Source: a virus. From it: a stretch of DNA of 64,000 nucleotides. The position numbers and the translations under genes are program-made. The notes beneath the pieces were generated by a model. It did no database searches. It had not been told where the DNA came from and saw only the letters and a program-made list of their open reading frames with translations. Below are positions 54,031 to 64,000 of this stretch, piece by piece (the stretch's first letter is position 1; each line of letters starts with the position of its first letter). Location of the stretch: positions 29,708-93,707 of the IMG/VR virus record IMGVR_UViG_3300037760_000179. One strand, written 5' to 3'.

Positions 54031-54144
54031 GCTCACTACGGTAGCATGTTCCGTACGGGATTCCCACCCGTCTTTAGGTCGGATGTCCGTTCGGAGGTCT
54101 GTAGGATGTACGGAAGTACTACCCCGGTGCTGTACGGTCTCGAC
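54031..54144. promoter_or_regulatory. Divergent promoter region with palindromic operators
   Basis: TTCCGTACGGGA, TCCGTTCGGA and TGTACGG repeats; -10 boxes on both strands. Confidence 0.55.
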
Positions 54145-54345
54145 ATGACCAAGCGCACCCTCATGGGTGTCGACGACACCCGCAAGTTCTTCTCGCAGCG
54201 CATCGACGCTGCTCTCGCCGAGGGGGACGACGACGAGGAGGATCAAACGATCGTCACCCGCCACGGCAAGCCGGTCGTTGCCATCGTGTCGATGGACTAC
54301 CTGCGGCGCTCCGCGCGCGCCCTCGGCGAGCCCACGGACCTGTAG
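54145..54345 (+). CDS. Phd/YefM-family antitoxin-like protein
   Basis: TRKFFSQRID...TIVTRHGKPVVAIVS. Confidence 0.85.
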   Translation: MTKRTLMGVDDTRKFFSQRIDAALAEGDDDEEDQTIVTRHGKPVVAIVSMDYLRRSARALGEPTDL

Positions 54346-54903
54346 ATGGCGGCGGGGAGCCAGTGTGCTCGGTATCGCTTCTACGACTCGGCCGGCGTCC
54401 CGCTGTACTTTGGCTCGGCAGCCAATCCGAAGCGCCGTTGGCTCGCGCATCACAGCGCGCAGTGGTGGCGCTACGTCGACCAAGCCCGGACCGTGGTGGA
54501 GTGGTTCCCCAACCGTGCGGAGGCGGTCAAGGCTGAGAGATCCGCGATACGCAATGAGCGCCCGCGGTACAACCTTGCCGATCACCCGGACTACATCCGG
54601 CGGACAGCCGGCCCGGTAGACCTGTCCGTGCTGACCGATAGGCCGATTGTCGGGGCTGCTGAACTCCGCAACGCCCTCGGAGTCAGCCGACAACGCATCC
54701 AGCAGATCACCGGCAGACCGGACTTCCCGCCGCCGCGCTGGACGCTCGCCGCTGGCCGGCTTTGGGTGACCGTTCACGTCCTCGTCTGGCTGGCAGAGCA
54801 TCGACCAGACGTGGATTGGGACGCTTGGTTCCGCCTTCACGCCGCTGGGGCTGTCCTGGAACGCCGTAGATGGAACGGCCCCTGCGTGACGCTGCTGCCA
54901 TAG
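54346..54903 (+). CDS. GIY-YIG-like nuclease fused to AlpA/excisionase-like HTH
   Basis: YRFYD..LYFG...R...H, AE..AI..ERPRYN; LGVSRQRIQQI...DFPPP. Confidence 0.75.
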   Translation: MAAGSQCARYRFYDSAGVPLYFGSAANPKRRWLAHHSAQWWRYVDQARTVVEWFPNRAEAVKAERSAIRNERPRYNLADHPDYIRRTAGPVDLSVLTDRPIVGAAELRNALGVSRQRIQQITGRPDFPPPRWTLAAGRLWVTVHVLVWLAEHRPDVDWDAWFRLHAAGAVLERRRWNGPCVTLLP

Positions 54904-54921
54904 CATCAACCCGGTGGCCAT

Positions 54922-55194
54922 CTACCCCACCCCGCTCTCTCGCCAGCACTGGCATCCGGGCTCGTGCCACCGGGCACAGGCACCCCGCCGGCTCCGCTCC
55001 GGGGAGCTGCCCAGCGCCGACGACTCCTGCCACGGGTTACCGGCCGACGGCAGCCGCAGCTCGCTCCGTTTCCGCTGGACCTCGAACGCGGACCGGCCCA
55101 GCGCCCGGCCGATGCGGGAGGCGGTCCAGCCCTGGCCGGCCATCTCCCGCAGCTGGGCCAGCTCCTGCTCGGTCCACAGACGCCGGGGCATCAC
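54922..55194 (-). CDS. GcrA/Myb-like HTH protein
   Basis: WTEQELAQL..G.TASRIGRALGRS. Confidence 0.65.
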   Translation of the reverse strand: MMPRRLWTEQELAQLREMAGQGWTASRIGRALGRSAFEVQRKRSELRLPSAGNPWQESSALGSSPERSRRGACARWHEPGCQCWRESGVG

Positions 55195-56214
55195 GCCACC
55201 CCCGCAAGCCGGGCGGCTATCACCTCAGCGTCAGGAAGCTCCACCGTCACCACACCGCCCGGCGACGGTGCCGGCGCCTGCGCCCGCTCGCCGGCCGTGG
55301 CGATCCCGGCGCGGCACAGCTCGCACCACCGGTAGTTCGGGTTGTCCAGCACGTCCGCCCGCGGCCAGCCGATGCCCGGCTGCTCGACAAGCTCACGCGG
55401 CCATGCCATCCCGTCGTGGCCGTAGAGGGTGCTCGTGTCGTTCCCGTCCCGGTCGCGGGCGCCGCCGGGTATCCAGGTCCACACCCGGCCGAGGGCGTCG
55501 GTGATGTCGGGGTGCTCGGCGACCTCCAGCTCGGCGATGACCGTCCGGAGCGCCTGCCACTCGGTGACGAGTGTGGAGGCGACCCGGCGGCCTTCCGCGA
55601 TCGTCCGGCGGTCCGCCTCGGTGAGTCGGCTAGCCATGGTTCACATCCCGGTGCGGCATCGCCCCGGCATCGCCGTCCACCACCCGCAGCGGGGTCATAG
55701 TTCCGCCGATGCACTCCCCCCGGCCGTCCGGGTCGGGGTGGCGGTTCACCATCCCACCGGCGTTCAGCGACCGGGGTTTCCCGCAGCCACGGCACTCGCC
55801 GCTGCCCGGGGCCGGCGGGTCGGGGCGGCGGTAGCCGGCGTTCAGCAGGTGCGCGGCCAGCTCCTCCGGGGTGGCGTCGGCAGGCGCGTCCCGGATCACC
55901 TCGGCCAGCCCGGCAACGGCGGCCTGGTCCACCTCGTCGCACCCGTCCACTGTGCTGCGCTCCGGCGTGTCAGCCACGGTCGGCTCCTTTCTTCGCCTTG
56001 CCCCTGCTGCGCCATCCGGCGTGTACCGGGTGGCGGCGGCGGCCCGCATAGTTCCGGTCGAGGCGGTCCATGTCGTCGGTGTCGGCCAGCAGCGGCCGGC
56101 TGTCCCGTTCGTCGCCGGCGTGGCGGTGGTGGTCGGCGAGCGCCCAGCAGCCGATCGCGAACAGGGCCGCGCCGAGCAGGACCCCGGCCACGCACAGCAG
56201 CGTCCACACCCCGC

Positions 56215-57468
56215 TCACCGGCCCACCCCCGCCAGCTCAGGCCGGACCGGACCGGAGGGCAGCAGCAGCGACAGGGCGTAGGCGGCCGCCGGGACAGCGA
56301 TGCCGTTGCCGAGACGCGCCAGCGCCGGGTTACGACCCACGTGGTCGGTTACCCACCCGGCCGGCAGCGCCAGCATCCACTCGGTGAAGTCGGCGGCGAG
56401 GCGGACGCCGCCCCGGCTGTTGGGTTCGGTCGGCTCCGGCGCCCGGCGGCCGGTCACGAGCTCGTGGCGGCGGACGGCAGCCTCGTACGGGCCGAACCGT
56501 CCCGGCTGCACAGCGGATTTGAGGGCGAGGGCGCCGTGGTTGCTGCGCTGGTTGGGTCCACCGCTCATGCTGTCCGACGCGCGAGGGGTCGGCAGCAGCG
56601 CGGCCGCCACGTCCCGGAGTCTCGGCCCGTGGTCCGGCCCGCCGTGGGTCCGTACCGGCGGCACGGCCCGGGGACCATCCTCGCTGTCGGTCGCGTTCGG
56701 GGTGGGCAGCATCTGCACCACCCCGGGCAGCAGCGGGCCGGTCCGGGTGGTCTTGCGTCCGTGGGTCGCATCGGGCGTCGGCAGCAGCGTCACGCCGCTG
56801 TCGCCGCACGGCGAGCACGGCTCCGCCCACACGCGGCCGCCGTGCACCGTCGCCGCGGCCGGCCAGTGCGGGGCCGACCCGGCGCCGAACAGGGTGTCCG
56901 CAGCCGTCTCCCATCCCGAGCCCGTGCGCCGCGCCACCGGCCACCCGGCCGGCTCAACCGCGCCGCCGCCCCGGGTGGCGACGATGAACACCCGGTGCCG
57001 GTGGTGGCACAGCCCCACCCGGCAAGCCCCCACCGTGGTCCACCGGACCGTGTACCCGAGCCCGTCCAGGTCGGCCAGCACCCCCCCGAACAGGCGGCCG
57101 CCCTCGATGGTGAGCAGGCCGGGCACGTTCTCGCCGACGAACACCGCCGGGCGGAGCACCCGCACGGCGCGGGCAACGTCGGGCCACAGCCACCGGTCGT
57201 CGCCGGAGCCTCGCCGCTGGCCGGCCGAGGACGCCGGTTGGCACGGCCAGCCCGCCGCAAGCACGTCCACCGGCTCCTGCGCGGAGAACTGTGCGGTGGT
57301 GATGTCCCCGACGTTGGGCGTGCCCGGGTGGTGGGCTTCCATGACCCGGCGGGCGTCCCGGTCCGTCTCGGCGTACCAGGCCAGCTCCACGTCCCACCCG
57401 GCGAGCAGGGCGGCCATCGTCAGCCCGCCAAACCCCGCACACAGCTCCGCCATCCGGACCTCAGCCAC
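56215..57468 (-). CDS. DNA cytosine-C5 methyltransferase
   Basis: LCAGFGG, GWPCQP, ENV, HRHRVF, LGNG. Confidence 0.92.
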   Translation of the reverse strand: MAEVRMAELCAGFGGLTMAALLAGWDVELAWYAETDRDARRVMEAHHPGTPNVGDITTAQFSAQEPVDVLAAGWPCQPASSAGQRRGSGDDRWLWPDVARAVRVLRPAVFVGENVPGLLTIEGGRLFGGVLADLDGLGYTVRWTTVGACRVGLCHHRHRVFIVATRGGGAVEPAGWPVARRTGSGWETAADTLFGAGSAPHWPAAATVHGGRVWAEPCSPCGDSGVTLLPTPDATHGRKTTRTGPLLPGVVQMLPTPNATDSEDGPRAVPPVRTHGGPDHGPRLRDVAAALLPTPRASDSMSGGPNQRSNHGALALKSAVQPGRFGPYEAAVRRHELVTGRRAPEPTEPNSRGGVRLAADFTEWMLALPAGWVTDHVGRNPALARLGNGIAVPAAAYALSLLLPSGPVRPELAGVGR

Positions 57469-57841
57469 CGCCGCCCTCCCGCTCCGCCGCCGGCGGGATG
57501 GCGCGTACGGTGCCGTCGGCCGGGTCGACGCCGCAGCCAGGGCACGCCGGGTCGGTCTCCATCAGCACCTGCCGCGCCTGGGCCGTGGCCTGCTGGGGCA
57601 GCAACGTCGGGTCGTCCAGTACCGCCCAGACCCGCGCCAGGCGGGCCTCGGCCGCGTCCAGCCGTTGCGTCAGGTCCGCCACCCGGGCGTCACGCGCCGC
57701 CACCGTCTCGTCCAGCCGCACGACCGCCCGCCGCTGGTCCGCCAGCTCAGCCCGCACTGCGCCGAGTGCCTGCCGCAGCCGGTGCGCCTCGGTGGCGCGG
57801 TGCCGGGGCCGGGGTAGGCCCCACCGGGCCAGCCAGCTCAT
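57461..57841 (-). CDS. Coiled-coil hypothetical protein
   Basis: Heptad pattern; coupled ORF. Confidence 0.55.
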   Translation of the reverse strand: MSWLARWGLPRPRHRATEAHRLRQALGAVRAELADQRRAVVRLDETVAARDARVADLTQRLDAAEARLARVWAVLDDPTLLPQQATAQARQVLMETDPACPGCGVDPADGTVRAIPPAAEREGGGG

Positions 57842-59079
57842 CGCGCACACCCCAGCCACGGATACGCGGGCACCACCGACCGCTGCGGCGGGCGTAGGGC
57901 GGCGCGCATGAGCCGCAGCTGCTGGGTCCAGGTCGCCCCGGTCCTCTCCGCGACCTGCCAGCGGAGCTGCCTGCCGGCGGCCTGCCGCTCGGCGGCCAGC
58001 CGGCGGGACAGCTCGGACTCGGGGTCCCACCAGGACGGCTCATCCCCGGCCCGGTGGCCACCCGCCCGCCAGCGCGCCCGGTACAACCGGATCCGGCCGC
58101 GCACCGCAGCCGGCAGCGACCGCCCCCACCGCCGCACCGGGGCGAGCAGCCACAGCCCGGACAGCACCGCCAGGGCCAGCAGCGGACGCGGCAACACACC
58201 CACGGCACGGCCGGCCAACGTCCACCACACCACCCGCAGCGTCACCGCCGCACGGCCCAGCCAGCCCCAGCCGTGCCCGTACGGCCCCGGTGGCTGCACC
58301 GGCCGGGGCGGTGGGACGGCACCGGTCAGCGGATCCCAGCCGGTGCGCGTCGCCCACGGGTAGCGGGGCAGCACGGCGGCGGCGAAGGTGCGCGTGTCGA
58401 CCAGGTCGACGGCGGCGGGTGGTGCGCCGGTGTCCGGCGGCTTGGCCCCGGCGGGCGGGTCATCGTCGTCGCCCGGCCCCGGGTCGGCCGGCTCGTCCTC
58501 GTCGGTGCCGAAAACGTCGTACGCATCGGACAGGTCCAGCCCGGCCGGCTCCGGCAGCGACCGGTTGAACGTCTGCGCCAGCGCCTGCTCGGCGTCCTTG
58601 CCCACCTGCTCGATCGCGGCCAGTGCCTCGGCGAACGCCGGGTCGGCGGACCGTTCGAGATCGTCCGGCTCCGGCTCCTGCCCGGCGCCGGCCGGTGGGA
58701 GGCGGTCGGCGGCCAGCGCGGACGCGTCGAACGCGACCGCCGGCAGGGTCGCCGTGGCGGCGAGCCCGGCGCCACGCGCGGGCAGGTCCGACCCGGCGGC
58801 CACCAGCTCCCGGGCGGCGGCGGGCGGCGGCCACAGCGGCCGGGCACGGGCCACCACCGGCGGCCCGTGCGGCGCGGGTGGTCCGGTGCGCAGGCGGGCG
58901 ATCTGCTCCACATGCCCGGCCACGGCGATGCCGATCTCGGCGGCCAGGGTGCGGCGCCCTGCCCGTCCGTAGGCCCAGCCGATCCACGCCACCCCCAGCA
59001 CCGCCACCGCCCACACCGGCAGCGGCACCGTCACCGACCGCGTCCCCACATCCACGACCAACCCCGTCAGCGTGTCCAC
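57838..59079 (-). CDS. Membrane protein with acidic Pro-rich linker
   Basis: N-term and C-term hydrophobic segments. Confidence 0.55.
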   Translation of the reverse strand: MDTLTGLVVDVGTRSVTVPLPVWAVAVLGVAWIGWAYGRAGRRTLAAEIGIAVAGHVEQIARLRTGPPAPHGPPVVARARPLWPPPAAARELVAAGSDLPARGAGLAATATLPAVAFDASALAADRLPPAGAGQEPEPDDLERSADPAFAEALAAIEQVGKDAEQALAQTFNRSLPEPAGLDLSDAYDVFGTDEDEPADPGPGDDDDPPAGAKPPDTGAPPAAVDLVDTRTFAAAVLPRYPWATRTGWDPLTGAVPPPRPVQPPGPYGHGWGWLGRAAVTLRVVWWTLAGRAVGVLPRPLLALAVLSGLWLLAPVRRWGRSLPAAVRGRIRLYRARWRAGGHRAGDEPSWWDPESELSRRLAAERQAAGRQLRWQVAERTGATWTQQLRLMRAALRPPQRSVVPAYPWLGCAR

Positions 59080-59362
59080 GTCCTGCTCCTCCTCGCCAGG
59101 TCGGGCATGGCCGCGCGCAGCCACGCCACTTCCGCCTCTCGCCGCGTGTCGTCCACCTCGGCCACCGCCCGGCCGCCGAGGACCTGCTCCACGTCCCGCC
59201 ACGCCCGGTCCACCGCGTCGTCGTCGGCGATGTTCCGCCGTAGCGTCTCGTCCAAGGTGGTCGGACGTGCCCGCCTCCGCCGCCACCAGCCCACGGCGCC
59301 GATCGCGGCCGGCACACCTGGGATGGCCGCGTAGACCGCGACCGCCCACCACTGCACGGCGG

Positions 59363-59548
59363 TCACGGCCGGTCCCAGCGTCCGGCCCTCACCTCGGCCA
59401 CCGCCGCCCGCCAGTCCGCCGGGGCGAACGTCAGCACCTGCCCGGGCACGTCGGACGCGCGCACCTGCACCACGCCGGCGTCGCCGCACACCTCCACGCA
59501 CAGGTCGTTGTCGCACCGGCTGCTCTTGACCCATCCACCTCGCCGCAT
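59363..59548 (-). CDS. DUF397 (BldB-family) protein
   Basis: WVKSSRC...CVEV...VQVR.S......F....W. Confidence 0.85.
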   Translation of the reverse strand: MRRGGWVKSSRCDNDLCVEVCGDAGVVQVRASDVPGQVLTFAPADWRAAVAEVRAGRWDRP

Positions 59549-59629
59549 GTCCTGCCTCTCTCTGTCCGGGTTGCTCAGTCCCGCCCGCCGACACCCCCGT
59601 AGCCGGCGGGCGAGGCTCAACCCCCCGGC

Positions 59630-60577
59630 TCAGGCTGTGAACGTCACCGGACGGCGGCGGGCCAGCCGGTACAGGACCCAGCCGCCGGCCAGCGCCGCAG
59701 CACCGCTGGCGAGCAGCGGCACCGGACCCACGCCGGTCTCTGGCAGCTGCTCGCCGCCGCCGGTGGACACGCCGCTGATCCCGTCGTCGCCGTCCTTGCC
59801 GTCCTCACCCGGCTCCCCCGGCGGACCGGGCTCCCCCGGTTCCCCGGGCTCTCCCGGCTCACCGGGGCAGCCCGGTACGGCCTCCACGACGAACTCCCAC
59901 TCCCGCACCACCGGCGGGTACCGGGGGAAGGCATACCCCCGCGCCGGGTCAGCCGTGATCGTGTGCGTACCCGGGTTCAACGGCCCCGAGGTGTGGCTGT
60001 AGACCACGCCTTCGACCTCGGGGACGATCAGCTCCGCCAGCGCGTCACACTCCGGCGGCACCAGCGACGGTGGCTCCGGCACCGCGCACCCCTTCACGCG
60101 GAAACTGACCCACTGGCTGGCACCGATGAACGGGTTGCCGTCCAACTCCACCGGCCCGAAGGTGGTCCAGTCGAACACCGTCGTGCCGTGACCGAACGCC
60201 ACGGCGTACGCGTTGATCGCGTCCTTGAATGCGGTGTTGGTCAGCCCGCCGTCGGTGGCCGGGTGTCCTACCCACAGCGGGTAGTCGTTGTCCCGCTCAC
60301 CGCCGCCGAACAACCGCCACTGCACCACCGTCGGCGTGTCGAACGGGCCGATCTGCACCGCCGCGCCCAGCTCCGTGGACACGACAGTCTCGCCACCTGC
60401 CGACGCGACGATGAACGCGTTCGCGTATGTGGCCAGCTCGACCGGGCCGCATGGCCCCGCCGTCCGGTCCACGTGGACGGGCTGCTCGCCCGCCTGCGCC
60501 GGGGCGGCGGCCGGTGCCAGCCCGGCACCCGCCAGAGCCAGCGCCACAGCGGCACCGGCCAGTCTCTTGTGGATCAC
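59630..60577 (-). CDS. Sortase-anchored (LPETG) surface protein with collagen-like repeat
   Basis: Signal peptide (APAQA), (GEP)n, LPETG + TM + RRR. Confidence 0.85.
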   Translation of the reverse strand: MIHKRLAGAAVALALAGAGLAPAAAPAQAGEQPVHVDRTAGPCGPVELATYANAFIVASAGGETVVSTELGAAVQIGPFDTPTVVQWRLFGGGERDNDYPLWVGHPATDGGLTNTAFKDAINAYAVAFGHGTTVFDWTTFGPVELDGNPFIGASQWVSFRVKGCAVPEPPSLVPPECDALAELIVPEVEGVVYSHTSGPLNPGTHTITADPARGYAFPRYPPVVREWEFVVEAVPGCPGEPGEPGEPGEPGPPGEPGEDGKDGDDGISGVSTGGGEQLPETGVGPVPLLASGAAALAGGWVLYRLARRRPVTFTA

Positions 60578-61008
60578 TACCGTTTGTCCTTCCTGGTTGC
60601 CCGCCGGCAGGTCAGCCGGCGGGAGTCTCCTCGGCCGGGGCCGGCCAGCAGCCGACGCGGCAGATGTCTCCGCCCCAAACCGCCACCGCGTCGGCGGTGG
60701 TGGCGAACTCGCTCAGCGCCACGCCGCACACCGCCACCAGCCGCCGGCCCGGCTCCTTGTCGTGCGCCAACTCCCCGTACGCCGGGGATGCGGTCCACAC
60801 CCGCCGCCCGCCCAGGTCGTCCAGGCAGCGCACCGGAACCGGCGGATGCGCCCGCGCCAGCTCGGCCCCGGTCACCTGCGCCACCCCCGCCGCAACATCA
60901 GCGCGGCCATCAGCCGCCGCTGCCGCCTGGACCTGCCCGCAGCGACCCGGCGGGACACCACCAGCAGGTCATGGCGGATCTGCTGGTCCGGGGTCAGACG
61001 CCGGCCGG

Positions 61009-61764
61009 TCACCGGGACACCTCCGTCAGGTCGTCCCGTAGCGCCAGCACCTCCGGCTGGCGCGCCAGAGCCCGCACCGCCCGGAACTGCGCCGTCTTCA
61101 CGACACTCTCGTCGCAACCGATCAGCGCGGCCGTATCCGCTATGGACAGACCAGCGAAGAACCGCAACTCCAGCACCTCACGCTGCTTCGGGGTCAGCCT
61201 GTCTACGGCGGTGGACAGCACCTGCCGCCAGTGGTCGCGGGCCTGCCCGCCGGCCACCCGGTCGCCCACCTGCGCATCCGGCGGCACCCCACGCGGCGCC
61301 TCGTCGGGGACGCTGTCGACCGGCCGCTCCAGCCGGTAGCGGCCGGACTTGTAGTGGTCGGCGACCAGGTTCCGGGCGATCGTGACCAGCCACGCCCCCG
61401 GGTCCCGGCCCTGCCACGTGAACGAGCCGATCCGGTTGAGCGCGCGCAGGAACACCTCCGAGGTGAGGTCTTCGGCCAGCTGCCAGCCACCGACCCGGGA
61501 GTGGACGAACCGGAACACGGTGTCGCGGTACCGCTCGTAGATCGCGGCGAACGCCCCCGGCTGGCCGGCCTGAGCCCGGCCGACCAGTTCCCGCACCACC
61601 TCGGCCGGGGCGTCCGGTCCGTGCACCGGGCACAGGTGCCGGCCACCGGCCACATGCCACCCGGCGTGGCGCATCAGCCCCGCCGCGACCGGCTCAGGGT
61701 CCGGGCCAACCTCAGCGGCGCAGCCGGCCCAGTCACAGGTGAAGATCGCCAGGGTGAGCTTCAT
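61009..61764 (-). CDS. ECF sigma factor, BldN-like, with N-terminal Cys motif
   Basis: AEDLTSEVFLRAL.RIG.FTWQGRD.GAWLVTIARNLVADH.KS; region 4 VKTAQFRAVRAL. Confidence 0.9.
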   Translation of the reverse strand: MKLTLAIFTCDWAGCAAEVGPDPEPVAAGLMRHAGWHVAGGRHLCPVHGPDAPAEVVRELVGRAQAGQPGAFAAIYERYRDTVFRFVHSRVGGWQLAEDLTSEVFLRALNRIGSFTWQGRDPGAWLVTIARNLVADHYKSGRYRLERPVDSVPDEAPRGVPPDAQVGDRVAGGQARDHWRQVLSTAVDRLTPKQREVLELRFFAGLSIADTAALIGCDESVVKTAQFRAVRALARQPEVLALRDDLTEVSR

Positions 61765-62540
61765 GCCGGCACCTCCAGCACACCCTGAGCCAGCCGCCCG
61801 ACGATCTTGGCGCAGGACTGTTCGTCCGCCTCGATCAGCACCGTCCGGCGGCCAATCTGCCTAGCCGCGTCGGCCGTCGACCCGCTGCCGGCAAACGGGT
61901 CCAGGACCAGCCCGCCGGGTGGGCAGGCGTACTCGATCAGCGGACGCAGCAGCTCCACCGGCTTCTCGGTGGGTTGGATCGCCCCGCGCCGCCACATCGT
62001 GGGTGCATCGATGATGCTGCGCATAAGGCGGGTACCGTTGTCGGTCCACGTTGCCGACCCGATCTTTCCGGTGTGCGGTGGCTGACCGCGGCCGGCGTTT
62101 GGCTTCGTCCGGTGGGCGACCGCGACACGCGGTACGTCGTGGTAGATGTCGGACCACCTGCCGCGATACCAGTGCGTCGCGAACTCGTGGACGCGCCGGA
62201 ACCGGTCGGCTGCGAAGCCGGAGCCGTTCGGCTTCTCCCACACCACGTCCTGGGACAGCTTCCACCCCGGCGCGAACCGGCCACGGTCCCGCATCCGGGT
62301 GAACTCGTCCCGGCGGTCCAGGAACATCCGCATCGAGCCGAAGCACCACATGCTCGACGCGAACCCGGCGACCACCGCCGGCCAGCCGTCCGGCCACCGG
62401 TCCCACGCCAGGGAGGTCTCACCGTACGGCGGGTCGGCCACCACCAAGTCCGGTGCGATGTCCAGCGCTGGCAACAGCTCCCGCATATCCCCCAGGTACA
62501 GGCGGGTGGTGTCGTCCTCGTAGTACGGCTGCGGGCTCAC
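61761..62540 (-). CDS. DNA N6-adenine/N4-cytosine methyltransferase (beta class)
   Basis: DPPY, PTEKP, LDPFAGSGST. Confidence 0.92.
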   Translation of the reverse strand: MSPQPYYEDDTTRLYLGDMRELLPALDIAPDLVVADPPYGETSLAWDRWPDGWPAVVAGFASSMWCFGSMRMFLDRRDEFTRMRDRGRFAPGWKLSQDVVWEKPNGSGFAADRFRRVHEFATHWYRGRWSDIYHDVPRVAVAHRTKPNAGRGQPPHTGKIGSATWTDNGTRLMRSIIDAPTMWRRGAIQPTEKPVELLRPLIEYACPPGGLVLDPFAGSGSTADAARQIGRRTVLIEADEQSCAKIVGRLAQGVLEVPA

Positions 62541-62873
62541 CGCCACCACATCCCGGAGTAGGTGGCGACCCCTACGGTCAGCTCCGGTGCGGCGGGTTGG
62601 CGCCACGTGGTTTCGCTGCCATGCCACCTGCGCCGGCAGCCGGCCGCATCCGTGCAGCCGCCGCCGCACGGGCACTCCACCGGCCGGCACCACGGACACC
62701 CCGGCACCGGGGCGGGGTGGACCATGCCGGCGGCGTGGCCGGGTGACTCGGCCGGCAGCGGCAGCCGGTAGCGGCAGGTGTGCGGCCGGGACGCGACCGT
62801 GCCGCACGCGCACAGGCCCGGGACGATCGTCGGGGCGCTCATGCCGCCACCGCCCGGTCCGCCACCGCCGGCA

Positions 62874-63095
62874 TCACAGCGCCTCCTCGGTGTCGGCGGG
62901 AGGTGCACCCCGCTCGCTTGGCCGGTGGTCGCCACGCAGCACACCCCGCACCACCGAGTCGGGGATGCGCACATGCCCGCCCGGGGTACGCACCGCCGGC
63001 AGCCGGCCGGCCGTGACCCACCGCGTGACGGTTTTCGCGTCCACCCTCAGCAGCGCGGCCAGCTCGGCCGGCTTCCACATCCGCTCGCCGGTCAC
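62874..63095 (-). CDS. bldC: BldC-family regulator
   Basis: PAELAALLRVDAKTVTRW..AG.L...RTPGGH.R. Confidence 0.85.
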   Translation of the reverse strand: MTGERMWKPAELAALLRVDAKTVTRWVTAGRLPAVRTPGGHVRIPDSVVRGVLRGDHRPSERGAPPADTEEAL

Positions 63096-63691
63096 CGGGG
63101 GTCCCCCCCTCGTACCGGCTGGGGCCGCAGCGTGTCCAGCAGCGCCAGCCCCTTCAGCACCGTCGGGTGGGTCGCGTCCCCCACCACCGCCGGCGAGTAG
63201 CCCAGGGCGGCGAGCATGGCGGTGGCCAGCACGGCGGCGTCGCGCATCTGCTTCGCCGTGACGACCGGCGCCCCCTGCCGTTCCAGCAGCTCGGCCACAT
63301 GCAGGTACGGGTCCCGCACCGGCCCGGTCACGACACACCGCCGGTGAGCAGGTACGCCACACGCCGGGCAGCCGCCCGGGACTCGGCGAGCGGGTCCGAC
63401 TCGGGCGGTCCCGGGTCGGCGGACAGCTCCCGCCCCCACTCCGCCAAGGCGGTCGCACCGGCCAGCAGCAGCCCGGTGACGGTGTCGAGGTCCGGATGCA
63501 CGGACCGGCCGGCAACGATGGGGCCGGGCTGGGGTGGCAGGCCGGGCGGGTCACCCAGCGGCTCCGGTCGCAACCGGGCGGTCACGACGCGCCGCCGATC
63601 AGCGCGACCGCACCGACCACCCCGATGGTGAGCGCTACGAACACCGCGACCACCAGCAAGGCGCGCCCGACCCGCCGGCCCCCGCCGCCGG

Positions 63692-63874
63692 TCACCGGGC
63701 ACCGCCGTAGCGCCGCACGTACAGGACCGCACCGGCGAGCACCAGCACGCTCAGGCTCGCCACGACCGCCACCGTCACCGGAGCGGATATGATTTGGATG
63801 AGCACCGCGATCAGCTCCCTTCGTCTGTTGATCCCGGTCAGCGGCCCGTCGTCACCTCGGCGGGCCGCTTCCAT
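63692..63874 (-). CDS. Small membrane protein
   Basis: Hydrophobic segment; GGAG RBS. Confidence 0.5.
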   Translation of the reverse strand: MEAARRGDDGPLTGINRRRELIAVLIQIISAPVTVAVVASLSVLVLAGAVLYVRRYGGAR

Positions 63875-64000
63875 GTCTCCGTGTGCTGCTCGGGAATCCG
63901 GGCCAGCACCACGGTCTGGTCCCGCCCGGGCAGGGATAGGTGGCTAACCGGCACCGCCCGGGCGGGAGCGTGTGGTGGGGTGCCGGGCCGCGCCCACCCC

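Larger units (their letters stand above)
1..64000 (-). mobile_element. Actinobacteriophage/prophage genome segment (early, packaging and head modules)
   Basis: Continuous phage gene order with no host housekeeping genes; both ends lie outside the window. Confidence 0.95.

Noticed and set aside
59770-59870. 9-bp tandem DNA repeats
   Set aside because: Explained by the collagen-like (GEP)n coding repeat.

Overview
High-GC (~72% by eye) actinobacterial phage or prophage segment. The host is probably a filamentous, sporulating actinomycete. Almost everything is encoded on the minus strand. Read in transcription direction (right to left), the window opens with a long early/middle region: BldC-, BldN-, BldB(DUF397)-, WhiB- and Lsr2-like regulators, two DNA methyltransferases, an LPXTG surface protein, a Sak4-like ATPase, HNH, RusA, a replication initiator with iterons, a HerA-like ATPase, a tyrosine recombinase and tRNA-fMet. 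Next come the packaging genes (two HGGxSTG proteins and TerL with a class 3 intein), then a highly unusual head module, then a glycan/phospho-decoration cluster right after the major capsid protein. The head module holds two giant polyproteins. One is a 2962-aa portal-MuF-DarB-like (MTase+SNF2) fusion with a second gene nested in another frame. The other is a 1782-aa prohead protease/scaffold carrying a 2H phosphoesterase, topoisomerase IB, a ParB-like domain and unknown domains. Most cargo domains are preceded by a V-x-A(A) motif and a shared leader peptide, two of which are encoded by an identical 51-bp repeat. This suggests a protease-processed, modular system for delivering cargo in the virion. 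A second striking signal is 13 CTCGAG sites packed into the recombinase gene, with none seen elsewhere in the window. All family assignments are from motif recognition; no searches were run.
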